Source: Elusimicrobiota bacterium
GTDB taxonomy: Bacteria > Elusimicrobiota > Elusimicrobia > UBA1565 > JACRDR01
Assembly (NCBI GenBank): GCA_041694815.1
Contig: JBGFSC010000021.1
Coordinates: forward strand, 1-64,000
Length of the DNA stretch: 64,000 bases
Direction: 5' to 3'
The notes beneath the pieces are model-generated. The model did no database searches. It saw only the letters and a program-made list of their open reading frames with translations, and had not been told where the DNA came from. The position numbers and the translations under genes were made by a program. The stretch's first letter is position 1. Every line of letters begins with the position of its first letter. Shown here one piece after another: positions 16,370 through 28,400 of this stretch.

Positions 16370-17009
16370 GGATTTAAGCCAGCTGTGGATGGTTCCCTAC
16401 GCCGACCTGATGTCGACCCTGGTCATTCTTTTCATGTCCCTATTTGCCCTTTCCTACTCCGAGCGTTCGGCCGAATACCAGAGGGCCTTGGCTGACATCG
16501 AGGCGGGAATGGCCCCGAAAGAGAAATCGGCGCGAGCGCGTCAGCGCCTGGAGGAGGCCCATCTCGCCGTCCAATTGCAGGAAGATCTCCGCGGCCTGGC
16601 CCTGGCCGAGTTCGGGCTCAAGGTCACGGCGCGCCAGGTGCGGCTCAGTCTCCCATCACCCGTTTTGTTCGCCGAGGGCTCGGCCTCCCTGAGCCCCGCG
16701 GCCGCGCGACTCCTGGAACCCTTATCGAGATTGCTTTCCAAGGTGGACAATCCGATACTTGTCGAAGGGCATACGGACAACGTCCCTATCGCCTCGGGGC
16801 ATTACCGGACTAATTGGGAGTTATCGGCGGCGCGGGCCTTCTCGGTGATCGATTATTTCATCGCCCAGCGGGGGCTCAGACCCGAACGCTTCCATGCTCG
16901 TGGATTCGGCGAGCACCGTCCGGTCGCCTCCAACGACGACGCGATCGGACGGCGGCGCAACCGGCGCATCGAGATAAGCCTCATCCGGGAGCTCGAGCCG
17001 AACCCATGA
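16362..17009 (+). CDS. motB: MotB-family stator subunit 2
   Basis: WMVPYADLMSTL; VEGHTD, NWELSAAR, NRRIEI. Confidence 0.92.
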   Translation: MDEDLSQLWMVPYADLMSTLVILFMSLFALSYSERSAEYQRALADIEAGMAPKEKSARARQRLEEAHLAVQLQEDLRGLALAEFGLKVTARQVRLSLPSPVLFAEGSASLSPAAARLLEPLSRLLSKVDNPILVEGHTDNVPIASGHYRTNWELSAARAFSVIDYFIAQRGLRPERFHARGFGEHRPVASNDDAIGRRRNRRIEISLIRELEPNP

Positions 17010-17890
17010 GAGCGCCGCTTTTTCTGCTGTTGTGGCTACCCGCGCCCGCCCACGCGGTCGACGCCTCCCAGACGGCGGCCATCCAGGAATACTATAAAGA
17101 CGCCCTGAGGCTCTACAGCGAAGGCGACTATCGCCGCGCGGTGGCGAAATGGACCGAGATACTCAAGGTGGATCCCGATCAAAAGTCCGCCCAGGAGATG
17201 ATCGTCAAGGCCAGGGAGCTAATTGAGGCCGCCACCGCGGAGCGGCACAAGCGCATCCGCCAGCGCATCACCGAGGGCCGCTACAACGACGCCAGGCTCG
17301 AACTCCAGGCCTTGCTCGACCAGGACCCCAATGAACCCGTGCATCTGGAGACGCAGCGGCGTTTGGCACAGATCATTGATATCGTCGGAGAACGCGCGGG
17401 GACGGGAAAGGCCTGGCGCATGGCGGCATTGGGTCTTTCCGGCTATCTCGGGAGCCCCGAGCGGCCGCATCTTGCCTTCGACGCCCTGCGCTACGCCAAG
17501 GAGCTCGACCCCGCCGAGCCCAAGTTCTCCGCACTGCTCGATCTGCTCTTGACCGCTCATCCGGCCTTCTCCGAGGAGCGAATCACCTCTGGCATGAAAT
17601 TGCTCGAATACAAGCATTTCATGGCCCTGCACAACATCTACGGCGGCAATTATCCCGGGGCCGTCACCCTGCTCGAGGAGATACTCGCATTGGAGCCGAA
17701 CGACTTGACGGCCTTAAAGCGGCTGGGCACCGCCTTCTACTCCTTGAAGGAATGGGATAAAGCCAGGAGCGCCTGGAGGCGGGCGCAGGCCATGGCTCCC
17801 AAGGACCCGATGCTCAAAAAGTTTATTGCCCGGGCCGAGCGCCAGCTCAGAACGAATAAGAGATCCGCAATGAGACGGTCATCTCGGTGA
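17006..17890 (+). CDS. Exported tetratricopeptide-repeat protein
   Basis: Signal peptide MRAPLFLLLWLPAPAHA; several TPR-like helical pairs; overlaps the convergent gene by 44 bp. Confidence 0.82.
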   Translation: MRAPLFLLLWLPAPAHAVDASQTAAIQEYYKDALRLYSEGDYRRAVAKWTEILKVDPDQKSAQEMIVKARELIEAATAERHKRIRQRITEGRYNDARLELQALLDQDPNEPVHLETQRRLAQIIDIVGERAGTGKAWRMAALGLSGYLGSPERPHLAFDALRYAKELDPAEPKFSALLDLLLTAHPAFSEERITSGMKLLEYKHFMALHNIYGGNYPGAVTLLEEILALEPNDLTALKRLGTAFYSLKEWDKARSAWRRAQAMAPKDPMLKKFIARAERQLRTNKRSAMRRSSR

Positions 17891-19766
17891 TGTCTATAGG
17901 CGATATCCCCTTATCTTTCTGTTTATTGGCGCCCAGGCCGAAGGCGAGATTGAGCTGGCGGTCATAATTCCACGTGAACTCGGAGTTTGCCGAGGCGTTC
18001 GTACTATCGGTCGGGAACTTCGGCGATGTATTCTTCGTCGTGTTGTAACTCCCCCAAAACTGCCCGGTCCAATTCTTGGCCATCGGGGTGGTGAAGCTCG
18101 GGCCCACCGAACGACTGGTTCTCTTGGAGCCGTCGATCCTGTTCTTGGTCTCCGAGGAGGTCACTCCGAAGGAGAGGCCTCGAGACTTGGGCAGCCTCCA
18201 GCTCGAGGACAAGGTCAGGGTCAAGGTATCGAGGTCGTGCGCCAGTTTGTTCTTGTCCCTGAATTGGCTCAATTGCCCCCCGAGGGAAACCCCATGCCCC
18301 GCCTGGAAGCTCTGGCCCAGGCTCAGGCCGACGGTGGTCGTTTGATTGTTTAACGCCGTAGAAGGTTTTCCCTGGGCCGTGTTGAGATTCGCGCTGAGAT
18401 TGACGTTGGTTCTAGTCGGCAATTGCAGCCCTTGCAGCAGGGTCACGGAACGCTGCGTCGTGGTGACGAAGCGCGGGTTGTTGTCCAAGTTGTCGCGGAA
18501 CTGATTGAATGAGATGTTGGCGTTATACCAGGACACTGGAAAGACGGTCAGGTTGCCGTCATAAGTGAGACGGTTGCCGATCACTGCGGGAGCCCCAAAG
18601 GTAATGAAATTCGGTCCCGCGCGTTGGATGAAGGTCTTGATCTTAAAGAAGGAGTGCTCCCAGGAGATATCCCCCCGCCATGCCTTGTCCTGGGCTCCGG
18701 CCTTGGTGGTGTCCGCGAAGAAGCGGTCGATCTGGTAGGCTCCCGAAAAGGAAAGCTTGGGGCGAGGATTCCATGCCAGCGTCCCTCCATAGCCGCTATT
18801 TTTCTGCGCCGCCAGGGTAGGGCCTCGATAATTCGGGGATTTGGGATCGGTGCTGAGCGATCCGGTCTCATCGGCGCTTAGGAAATAATTGATCGAGGCG
18901 CGCAGGTTCCATGGCAGCTCGCGGCCGAGCTTGGCCCCGTAAAGCGAGCGGGCGTAACGGCCGTTGACCGTCAGGGTGCCCGGCTGCGAGGTGATGGTCT
19001 GCCCTCCCAGTACCGTCCACTCCCAATCGTTGCGCCGTTGCTCCAAGGCCGCGCCGCGCATACCCTGGCCGGCGACCGAAAGGGGGCCAAGCACCGGCGC
19101 GACGTCGCCGGCATAGATCGTGCCCCAGGGGGCGTAATAGGTGGCTAGGATGATGGCGGGGTCGAACACGTTGCCCGGTAGATGCCGCAGGTACGCGTTG
19201 ATGAGGTAGGAGGAGTCGCGCAGCTTACCCACCGCGTTGAGGCTGGTCGCGCCTTGATGATTGCTCCAGCCGTTCCGGCTGAAATTCTTGTAAAACGCGG
19301 TGATGTTGCCTTCCAAACGATAATTGACCACCTCGGGAGGCGGCGGGATGGGACGTTCGACGACTTGGAAAGGCTTGAAATCGGATTGGATCAACGTGCG
19401 CCCTTCCTTAATGAGAAAGACGCGGTAGAGATGCCTTCCAAACATCGTCGGAGGAACCGGGAAGGGCACCGAGATGGAGGCGACGCCGCCAGGCGCCACC
19501 GCCTCGCGCGGCGAGATCTGCTCGGTCCGAGCGACCATTTGATTCTCGAGATCATAGATCTCGGCATACCAATAATAGCTTCCGCCTTCCCAGCTCAGCG
19601 CTCCCGTGTTGACCGCCAAGGCTTGGATGGAGAGCACCTCACCCGCGGGCACCGGATCAGGAGCGGGAATCGTGAATTGAAGGCTGGCCGAATCGGTGGT
19701 TTGCGCCGCGGCGTGGCGGAGGCAGAAGGCAAGCGCGAAGACGAGGAGACTAACTCGCCGGCGCAT
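17847..19766 (-). CDS. Outer-membrane beta-barrel protein with an N-terminal Ig-like domain
   Basis: Signal peptide, alternating beta-strand pattern, C-terminal LRISYSF. Confidence 0.78.
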   Translation of the reverse strand: MRRRVSLLVFALAFCLRHAAAQTTDSASLQFTIPAPDPVPAGEVLSIQALAVNTGALSWEGGSYYWYAEIYDLENQMVARTEQISPREAVAPGGVASISVPFPVPPTMFGRHLYRVFLIKEGRTLIQSDFKPFQVVERPIPPPPEVVNYRLEGNITAFYKNFSRNGWSNHQGATSLNAVGKLRDSSYLINAYLRHLPGNVFDPAIILATYYAPWGTIYAGDVAPVLGPLSVAGQGMRGAALEQRRNDWEWTVLGGQTITSQPGTLTVNGRYARSLYGAKLGRELPWNLRASINYFLSADETGSLSTDPKSPNYRGPTLAAQKNSGYGGTLAWNPRPKLSFSGAYQIDRFFADTTKAGAQDKAWRGDISWEHSFFKIKTFIQRAGPNFITFGAPAVIGNRLTYDGNLTVFPVSWYNANISFNQFRDNLDNNPRFVTTTQRSVTLLQGLQLPTRTNVNLSANLNTAQGKPSTALNNQTTTVGLSLGQSFQAGHGVSLGGQLSQFRDKNKLAHDLDTLTLTLSSSWRLPKSRGLSFGVTSSETKNRIDGSKRTSRSVGPSFTTPMAKNWTGQFWGSYNTTKNTSPKFPTDSTNASANSEFTWNYDRQLNLAFGLGANKQKDKGISPIDITEMTVSLRISYSF

Positions 19767-19812
19767 GGTGTCGTACAAAGGAACTCATTTCAAAAACAGC
19801 CTCCGTACCGCT

Positions 19813-19892
19813 AAACGACAGCTTTTACGCGCTTTGAGCGCGTGACTCGTCGCGCTTCGCGCGACGAGTTCGAGTTTCCTCGCGAGTATTCC
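19813..19892 (+). repeat. REP-like element, single unit
   Basis: AAACGACAGCTTTTACGCGCTTTGAGCGCGT plus hairpin CTCGTCGCGC-TTC-GCGCGACGAG. Confidence 0.85.
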
Positions 19893-19893
19893 G

Positions 19894-20628
19894 CTACTGC
19901 TTCTCAAACTTCAACTTAATCGACTTCTGCTTGCCCCCCTTATCGATCATGTTGAGCTCGAGATTCCGTATCCGATCCGCTTCCTTATTGAGTCTCTCGA
20001 TATTCTGGTCCAGGTTGACCGGCAACAACTGGCTTTGCCAATTGCCGTAATCATTGGCGCCCATCGGCCGCGGCGCCTCAGGCGCCTGACCGGCCCCCCC
20101 GACCTGGGTCATCTCCCCTGCCTTGAGCGACGATCTCCCCTGGTCGTTGTAGACATCGACCAATCCCTCGTAGACCTTGACCGTCATCCGCTTGCCGATG
20201 TCGACGTCGGCCTCCGTTCCGCGCACCGAGGCCACCGCGATCGGCCCCCGCATCAATAGTCCCGCGTGTCCGTGCAAAAGGCGCGTCCACGCCTGGCCCA
20301 GCTTGGTCTTAAGGCTGGCGGGCTTCGAACCCCCGCCAGACTCGACCTCGAAGCTCGAGTTCTCGTTGATGCGGAACTCCGCTCCGCCAATGAGCGCCAA
20401 GGACACGCGCTCGCCGTTGCGAGTCTCAATGGTGTCTCCCTCGTAGACGAACTGATTAAGCTTGAGGGCCTTCATGCCTGCCTTGTCGGCTGATTGAACC
20501 CTTGGCTTGCCAACGATCGCCACGACGACCCCCGCCGCGGGGCGCTGAGCCCAGGCGGGCTGCGCCGCGGCGAGGGCCAGCGCGCAGACAGCCGCCAGCC
20601 TACCGAACGCCATCATTAAGTTTTTCAT
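19894..20628 (-). CDS. FecR-domain exported protein
   Basis: Signal peptide; GDTIET, INENS, AVASVRGT, VYEGLVDV. Confidence 0.85.
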   Translation of the reverse strand: MKNLMMAFGRLAAVCALALAAAQPAWAQRPAAGVVVAIVGKPRVQSADKAGMKALKLNQFVYEGDTIETRNGERVSLALIGGAEFRINENSSFEVESGGGSKPASLKTKLGQAWTRLLHGHAGLLMRGPIAVASVRGTEADVDIGKRMTVKVYEGLVDVYNDQGRSSLKAGEMTQVGGAGQAPEAPRPMGANDYGNWQSQLLPVNLDQNIERLNKEADRIRNLELNMIDKGGKQKSIKLKFEKQ

Positions 20629-22387
20629 TATAAGCCTCCGCTTTTTGGAATTGGACCTCGCCTTCCGGCTTGGCGATAACGCGCAAAAGATAGGGCACGC
20701 GGCTTCGGCTCGCGGCCATCCGGGGGCCCATCACCCCGAGCATGCGCTCATGCACGACCAAACGGTAGCGCACAAGCGCCTTGCCCACTAGCTCCTGCAC
20801 CGACTCGATCTCCACGCGATCGGCTCGATCCGACGGATTGGCCAGGATGCCGATGACCGCGTATCTCTCGAAATCGATCTCGGGAGGCTCATCGTCCCTT
20901 AGGCGGCTCCACAATCGCTTAAAGCTCGAGCCGTTCTTGACGGATCCAAGGAAAATCTTATTTCCCGGGCCCGGCTCGGCCATTCCGGCCCATTCCCGCC
21001 CCACCAGGTCCTTTGCCTTCTCCTCGGTCGGAGCCGGCGGCTGAGCGGCGGGAGGCCTGGCGACGACTGGAATCAGAGGCTGGGCCCGGCGCTGGGAAGG
21101 GATATGGACCACCGGCGGACCGGTGAGATTAACTAACGCCTGTCCCTGCCTTAAGGCATCGAGGAGGGCTGCGAGCTCGTCGGCGGTCAGGCTACCGTCC
21201 ATCCCGACAAGCCTGAAACCGTCCAAGGATATGCCGCGAGCCTTGAGCAACTCCTTAATTGCCTGCCAGATCTGATCGCGGGTCATCGGGGCCGAGGAGA
21301 GCCCTCCGGAGGCGGGGGCCGTCGATGAAGCGGCCTGGGTGACACTGAGCGTCTTGCAATTATTAATGACAATATCATCGAAGAGCTCCACGCAGGCAAT
21401 GGCCAGGCTCTGGCTCTGCCCGGTCGGGAAGCTGGCTGTAAAATCGTATTGACGCGTGTCGCCCGGGTTCATCGAAGCGACGGTGACGGGCGTGTTAGGG
21501 GCCGGCAACCCGCCCAGGCTAAAGCGCAGCGGGAAGTTTCCCTCGCTCGTGCTGCCCTGATCCTTGATCGTGACACGGAAGGGAATGGCCCCGCCGGGAC
21601 CCGGCGCGCCCGCCGCCTCCACCGCGGTGACGGCGATGTCCTTGGTCATGGCCACTAATTGCACCGAAAAGCTGAAGGGGATCTGGCTCACTCCGATCAG
21701 ATTGCCCACCGAGTCGAGGGCCTCGACCTGCCAATAATAGACGGTTCCCGCCGTCAGGCGCTGCAGGGCATCGGTCGGATTTTGGGGATATGTCAGGAAG
21801 CTCTCGCTAGCGGAGGTCGTCTGCACGAAACGGGCGTTGTAGAGCGAAGGATTGTCCGCCACCGTTACGCGGTAGCGCGAGGCGCCGCTGGAGATCCAAC
21901 GAAAGGTCAAGGGATTGTCGGTTAAATCGCGGGCGCCGTTGGGCGGATAGGTCAAGAGTATGTTCGGGGACGAGACGACAAAGCTCGCCGTCTGGGTCAC
22001 GGTCTGCCCGTCTAGCGTTGCGGAAGCCTGGAGATTGTAATTGCCGGGCGAGGTGTAGAACCGGGAGATGGGGATTCCCGAGACCTGGCTGGCGGCGTTG
22101 CCCACGCTTCCGGGGACGGCGTTGCCGTTATGTTCGAACACCTGGGAGCCGTTGGGACCGAAGATCTGGAAGCGAAAAACCGTGCGGCCCGAACTGGCGG
22201 CCCCGTTGAACACCCGCTGCTGTAGGGTGATGGACTCCGTATTGGTGAAGGAGGTCCGAGCCCCCCCGGTTTGGTCCAAGATCGACACCCCTTGGGCCGA
22301 GAGCAGGCCGGCCCAGGCCGTTTTCCCGACAATAGCGGTCAACGCCGCCAGCAACGCCACTGCGCTTAGAGTTTGCGGTCTCTTCAT
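20600..22387 (-). CDS. Exported multi-Ig protein (FN3/CARDB-like; PrcB-C-like tail)
   Basis: Signal peptide; FRW, LTAGTVYYWQVEA; DIAVTAV...NNC; PPEIDFERYAVIGI. Confidence 0.7.
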   Translation of the reverse strand: MKRPQTLSAVALLAALTAIVGKTAWAGLLSAQGVSILDQTGGARTSFTNTESITLQQRVFNGAASSGRTVFRFQIFGPNGSQVFEHNGNAVPGSVGNAASQVSGIPISRFYTSPGNYNLQASATLDGQTVTQTASFVVSSPNILLTYPPNGARDLTDNPLTFRWISSGASRYRVTVADNPSLYNARFVQTTSASESFLTYPQNPTDALQRLTAGTVYYWQVEALDSVGNLIGVSQIPFSFSVQLVAMTKDIAVTAVEAAGAPGPGGAIPFRVTIKDQGSTSEGNFPLRFSLGGLPAPNTPVTVASMNPGDTRQYDFTASFPTGQSQSLAIACVELFDDIVINNCKTLSVTQAASSTAPASGGLSSAPMTRDQIWQAIKELLKARGISLDGFRLVGMDGSLTADELAALLDALRQGQALVNLTGPPVVHIPSQRRAQPLIPVVARPPAAQPPAPTEEKAKDLVGREWAGMAEPGPGNKIFLGSVKNGSSFKRLWSRLRDDEPPEIDFERYAVIGILANPSDRADRVEIESVQELVGKALVRYRLVVHERMLGVMGPRMAASRSRVPYLLRVIAKPEGEVQFQKAEAYNEKLNDGVR

Positions 22388-22418
22388 GGAATTGTCAATG
22401 CTATTTTCGTCACTCTCA

Positions 22419-25400
22419 TTATTTCACCACCGCAATTTTCTTAGTCACCGAGGCCGTCTGCTGTTCGGAACCCCCTCTCACCTTCACCGTAAATAAATAT
22501 ACGCCGGAGGCCACCCCTTCTCCCCTTGAGTTATTCAAATCCCATGCCGCGTGGTAAACGCCGGGAGCACTCGATACCATCTCGGAGCCGGGGATCTCGC
22601 GCAGCAGGTTGCCGGCGATATCGAAGATCATCACCTGGGCCTCCAGGGGTGCCAAGGACGTCGCGAAACGGATCGTCGTGGATCGGCGGGCCGGGTTCGG
22701 GAAGGCGAAGACCTTATCGTTGGGTAGGGGATTGACGACGAAACCCACGTCCTTGGTCTCGCCCTCCCCGAGCTGTATGGTATTCATCTCCGTGTATTCG
22801 AGGCCGTTGTAGGCGCGCACCCCGTACTTACCGGGGAGCAAATTCGGGATCGTCCATCGCCCGTTAGGCGCGACCGCGACCTCCGCGGCCTTCCTGCCCT
22901 CGACATAGAGCTCGACGTGGCTCTTGGCGAAATCTTGGGCCGTGATGATCGAGGAGGCCGGGGCGTAGCGGGAGGGCGAAAATCCCCCGGACTTGGAGAC
23001 GGTCAAGGTATGGAGCGTCCCTGTCAAGGTCGAGAGGGTATAGTTGACGTTGAGCACGAAGTCCACGTTCACCGAACCCACGGCGATATTATCCTGCCAC
23101 ACCGAGCTCGTGATGCCGTTGGCCGTCCACGTCGCCTGCAGCTTATAGACGCCGGGGGGCACGTTGTTCAAGGTGAAGCTGCCGCTGCCGTCGGCGACGG
23201 TGAAGACGGTCTGCGAATAGCCGCTGGCCGTGCAGTCGATCTGCACCGCGGTGATGCCCTGGCTGCTCACGTTCATGACATGGCCCGTGATCTGCGTAGC
23301 GCCAAAGGCCACGGCAGCGGTCGAGTTCGAGATGCCGGACCAATTGCCGATCGTGTCCTGCACCCACATCCGGAAAAAGTACGTGGTCCCGGGCGTCAAA
23401 CCGCTGATGGTCTGACTACGTTTGGTGCCGGGAATCATGTTCGCCGTTACGGTAACGACCTGGGCGTTTTGGGTCGAATAGACCACCCCCGCGGTGAAGG
23501 TCGAATACTGGACGGCGGTCTTACCCGTCGTGATCGTCCCCACCGCCCCATCGTCACCCGGAGAGGTCCAGGTCAGAAGCACCTGCCCGGCGCTGACCGT
23601 CGTCGACGAGGCGGAGGCGCTCAAGTCCGTGACCGCCGCCGGGGGCGTGACGTCGACGGTCAATTGCGTGAGCGTGGACCCTAGCACGGCGAACGCCGTG
23701 GCCACCCCGTTGTGATTGATCGCCTGGACGTCGACGTAGTAGGTCACGTTGAGCGTCAAGCCGGAGAAGAGGGAAGAAAGGCTTAGGGTCGTGGAGCTCA
23801 AATTTCCGGCGAAGCCGTTCGTCGAGGGCGATGCGCCCGAGGAAAGCACCGCGCGGTAGCGGGTACCCGCCGGATTGCCGTTCGCCGTCCAGTTGGCCGT
23901 CAACGCGCTGCTCGAGACGTTGGTGAAGGCCGCCGCCGTCGGGACCGTGGCCAAGGTCGCCGTCGATCCAATGTTTAGGAACGCGCTTGCCGCCGCGCCG
24001 TTGGTGGCCCGCACGCGCAGGTAATGCGTCGTGTTTGGAGTAAGGGTAAAGGCGCCGCCGCCGAAGACCGCGGAGGTGCTCAACGTAGTCGAGGTCAGCA
24101 GGACTGTCGCGAAATTATCGACCGAGATCTCCGCCGCGTAGCTCGTTTGCGGACCGTTGTCTCCGGGGCTCCAACGCGCCTCCAAGGAGAATTCGGAGAC
24201 GTTCGCCAGGGCCGGGACGACCGCCCCCGGCGGCGGGATTAGGGTCCGCGTGGAACCCAGGGCGACAAAGGCCGTCGACTGCGAGTAGCCCTCCGCCCGG
24301 ACCTGGAAGGCATAGGTGGCACCCGGGGCGAGGCCGGAGAACACCGCCGAGGTATTGAGCGTACGGCTCGAATCGTTGACCGTATTGAAGCTGTCCGTCG
24401 ATATCTGCGCCAGGTAGAAGGTGTTGGTGGAATTGCCGTTGCCCAGCCAATTGGCCGTGATGGAGTACGAGCTGATGGCCGTCTGCGCGGCGGCGATAGG
24501 CGGCGCGGGCAGGGTCGCGGAAGAGGGCGCGGGAACGGCCGCGGTGGCCGCGCCGCTGAAGCTGATCGCCGACACCTGCAGGTAGTAGGTCGTATTGGAA
24601 GCGAGCCCGGAGAAGGTCGCCGTGCTGCTTAAGGTCTGGCTCGAGGCGCTGACCGTGGAGAAATTATCCGTCGAAACCTGGGCCAGGAAGGTCGTGCCCG
24701 CGGGATTGGAGTTCGTATTCCAGCTCATCGTAATGGCGGAAATCCCTGCGGCCACGGCGGCGGGGGAAGTCGGGGCGTTGGCGAGCGTCGCCGTCGAGCC
24801 CATGGAGGCGAAGGCCGTGGCCATGCCGTTGAAATTGAGCGCCTGGACCTCCACGAAATAGACCGTGTTCGGGGTCAGGCCGGAGAAAACCTTGGAGGTG
24901 GCGGTGACGCTCGAGAGCTGGTTGCCGCCGAAACCGTTGGTGCTAGGCGAGGCGCCGCTGGAAAGGACGACGGTATAGGTGGTGCGGTTCAATGGATTTC
25001 CCGCATTCGACCAATTCGCCTGTAGGGAAGCCCCGGTCACCGCGGTATAGGGAAGCGCCGTCGGCAGCGCCGCCAGCGTGGCCGTCGATCCCAAGGGGAC
25101 CACGGCCGTCGCGACATCGTTATTATTGATCGCCCGTACATCGACGAAATAGGTGGTGTTCGGTATCAGCGAGACAGGGGCAACGGCGAAGGAATTGAGC
25201 GTGCTGGAGCTCGCATTGCCTGCGAAGGCGTTCGTGCTGGGCGACGCGCCGGTGGAAAATACCGCCACGTAACGGGTTCCGAGGGGGTTGGTCGAAGTCC
25301 AGTTGGCCCGGATGGACTCGGAGCTCAAGGCGGTAAACAGCGGCGTATCCGCCACAGGGGCCGCGGCCAAGGTGGAGGTCGAGCCGAGTTGGATGAAGCC

Positions 25401-28400
25401 GCTCGAAAGAGAACCATTGGTTGCCTTGACCTGGAAGAAATAGGTGGTATTCGCGATGAGGGCTCCCCCGGCTCCGCCCGTGCCAAAATTCGCCGAGAGA
25501 TTCGCCGTCGAAGAGCTAAAAAGAACCGGCGAGAATCCGGCGTTGTCGGCGATCTCGGCGACGTAGACGGTCCCCGGACCGTTGCCGCCGTCCGACCACT
25601 GGACCACGATATTCGAGACATTCGTAGCTAGGAAACGCGGGGTCGCGACGGCAGGAGGCAGCGGGGTGGTGATCGTCGAGGGCAGGATCACGAAGGCCGT
25701 CGTCGCACTGTAGCCGCGAGCTTGCACTCGCGCATAGTAGGTGGTACTGGCTAGAAGGCCCGAAAAGGCTACGGAATTATTGAGAGTATCCGTAGTCGCG
25801 CTGATCTCGTTACTGCCGCTCGCCGGAGAAAAGCTCGCATAAGTCGATATTTGTGCGGTATAAACCGTATTCGTTGAATTGCTATTGCCTCCCCAATTGA
25901 GCGTCAGTGACGTGGCCGCCACGGCGCTGGGAGCTTGGGAAATCGGTAGGGCGACCGTCGTCGCGGTCGCGGCGGCCGTCACGAAGCCCGTGGCCAGGCC
26001 GAAGCCGTTGATCGCCTCGACGCGGAGAAAATAGCTCGTGTTGGCCAACAACCCGACGAAGACCGCCGCCGTGCTCAGGGTTTGGCTGGAGTTGTTGACG
26101 GTGGCAAAGCTGTCCGTGGAAATTTGGGCCCGGTAGAGAGTACCGACCGGATTCACGCTCGGGGACCAAACCAATACCGCCGAAGACACGCTCACACTGG
26201 TGGTCGGGCTCATAGGATATACTGCCTGCGTAAACGTAGAACCGATAACCGTAAACGTGGAACTAACGCCGTTGTAATTGACCGCCTTGGTTCTCAGATA
26301 ATAGAGCGTGTTGGCAGCGAGGGCTGGACCATAACCCCCGGCCCCAAAGCGCGCTGAATTGCTTGCGGTCGTTGAAGATAGGTTAACGGTTACAAAGTTA
26401 TCCGTGGAGATTTCCGCCACGTATAATGTGCCGGTCGGATTATTATTGGGAGTCCACACGGGTGACACCCAGCTCTCGCCGAAGACGATGTTCGAAGCGA
26501 TGGGGGCGGCCGCCCATGTGACCGTAGACCCCAATGCCGCGACGCTCGTTTCGATCCCGTTATGGTTTCTCGCCCGCACGTCGAAGTAGTACGTGGTATT
26601 GGGCGTCAAGCCGGGGCGCATCAGGCTGGTGTAGAGCGTGTTCGAGCTGAGATTGCCCGAGAATCCGTTATTGTAAGGGGATGGGCCCGTCGAGACGAGA
26701 ACGGTGAAGGTCGTCTTCATCATCGGATTCCCGTTGCCGCCCCAATTGACCTGGACGGTCGTCGTATCGATGTTGCTCACGGCTGCGGCGATGGGGGCGG
26801 CGGCCAGGGTCGCGGTCGAACCCAACGGCAGCACGCTGCTCCCCAAAGCGCCATTGTTGGCCTGGACTCGGAAATAGTAGCTCGTGTTGGCGATAAGGGC
26901 CGGCCCTTCTCCCGTGGCTCCGAAAAGCGCCGAGAGGCTCAGTGTCGAGGAGGAGGCGTTGATCGTCGCGAAATCATCGGTCGAGACCTGGGCGACATAG
27001 AGCGTCGACGGGCCGTTGCCGTTGGCGGTCCATTGCACGCTGACGCTCGATATTTCAACCTTGGTGTAGGTCGGGGAGGCAAGGCCCGGCGGCTGCGGCA
27101 GGGTGATCGTGGAAGGCAACATCACGAAGGCGGTCTCTCCCGTGAACCCCTGCGCCTTCACGCGGAAATAATAGGTATTGGCCGACAACAACCCCGCGAA
27201 GATGGCATTATTATTGAATGTCTGGCTGGATTGGCCGACTTCGGCGTTCGGGCTGCTCGGAGAGAATCCGCTATAGGTCGAAATCTGGGCGGTATAGACA
27301 GTGTGCGTCGAGTTGCCGTTGATTCCCCAATTCGCGGTGATCTGTCCCGAGCCGACTCCGCTTGGCGCCAAGGCGACGGGAGCGGCGACCAATGTCGCCG
27401 TGGTCAATGCCGAGGTGAAGGAGGTTCCCGTCCCCCCGCTGTTGAGCGCCTGCACCTTTAGGTAATAGGTCGCGTTAGACGTCAGTCCCGCGAAGGTCGC
27501 CGTGGAGCCGAAGGTGACGCTAGAGGCGTTCACGCTGCCGAAGCTATCGGTGGATATCTGCGCGTTATAGAGAGTCCACGTAGAGTTGGCATTGGTATTC
27601 CACGTCAAGGAGATCGAGGTAACGTTGGTCGCGAGGGACGCGCTCGTGGGCGGGTTGGCCAGCGTGCTCGTCGAGCCCAGGGCGGTGAAGCTGGAGCTCA
27701 CATTGTCGGCGCTGATGGCCTTGACCTTGAGGAAATAGGTCGTGTTCGCCAGAAGGGCGGGGCCGAAACCGCCCGTGCCGAATTGGGCGAATGAGTTTAC
27801 GGTGGTCGAGGCAAGATTAAGCGAGATGAAATTATCCGTTGAGATTTCGGCGACGTACTGGGTTCCGACCGGATTGCCGTTGGCGTTCCAGTTGGCGCGG
27901 AGGCCGGCCGCAGACACGTTACTGAAGGCGGCGGCACCGGGAGGAGCCGCGCGAGTCCTCGTGGAGCCGATCGAGGCGTAATCCGTCTCGGTGCCGTAGG
28001 TATTCCTGGCCTTGGCGCGGAGATAATAGAGGGTGTTCGGGATAAGGCCGAGGGCGCTGCTAGAACCCATTACCCCCCACGCGGAGATCTGATCCCCGGG
28101 GAAGTTGAAAGCCGCGCTGGAGGAGATTTGGAAGCGGTATTCGGTGCTTCCCGGATTATTATTGGCGCCCCACTGGAAGGTGACGGAATCGGCGTGGATG
28201 GACAAAAACGGGGCGGCGAGTTCCAGCGGCTGGGCGGCGAACGTATAGGTCGAGAAGGAGGGCGATTCGGGGCTTTCCGTGCCGGCGGCGTTGCGGCTCT
28301 TGGCCTTGAAGGTGTAGAGCGTGTTCGGGGTCAGGCCGTTGAACACCGCGGAAACGCCGGGGTCGTACTCCTCGTTGCGATTATGCCCCGTGCCGTCGTC

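Noticed and set aside
14928..17009. Zorya (ZorAB) or ExbBD/TolQR interpretation of motA/motB
   Set aside because: MotA has no long ZorA tail, no ZorC/D/E genes are present, and the OmpA-domain MotBs plus a FliG-like partner fit flagellar-type stators.
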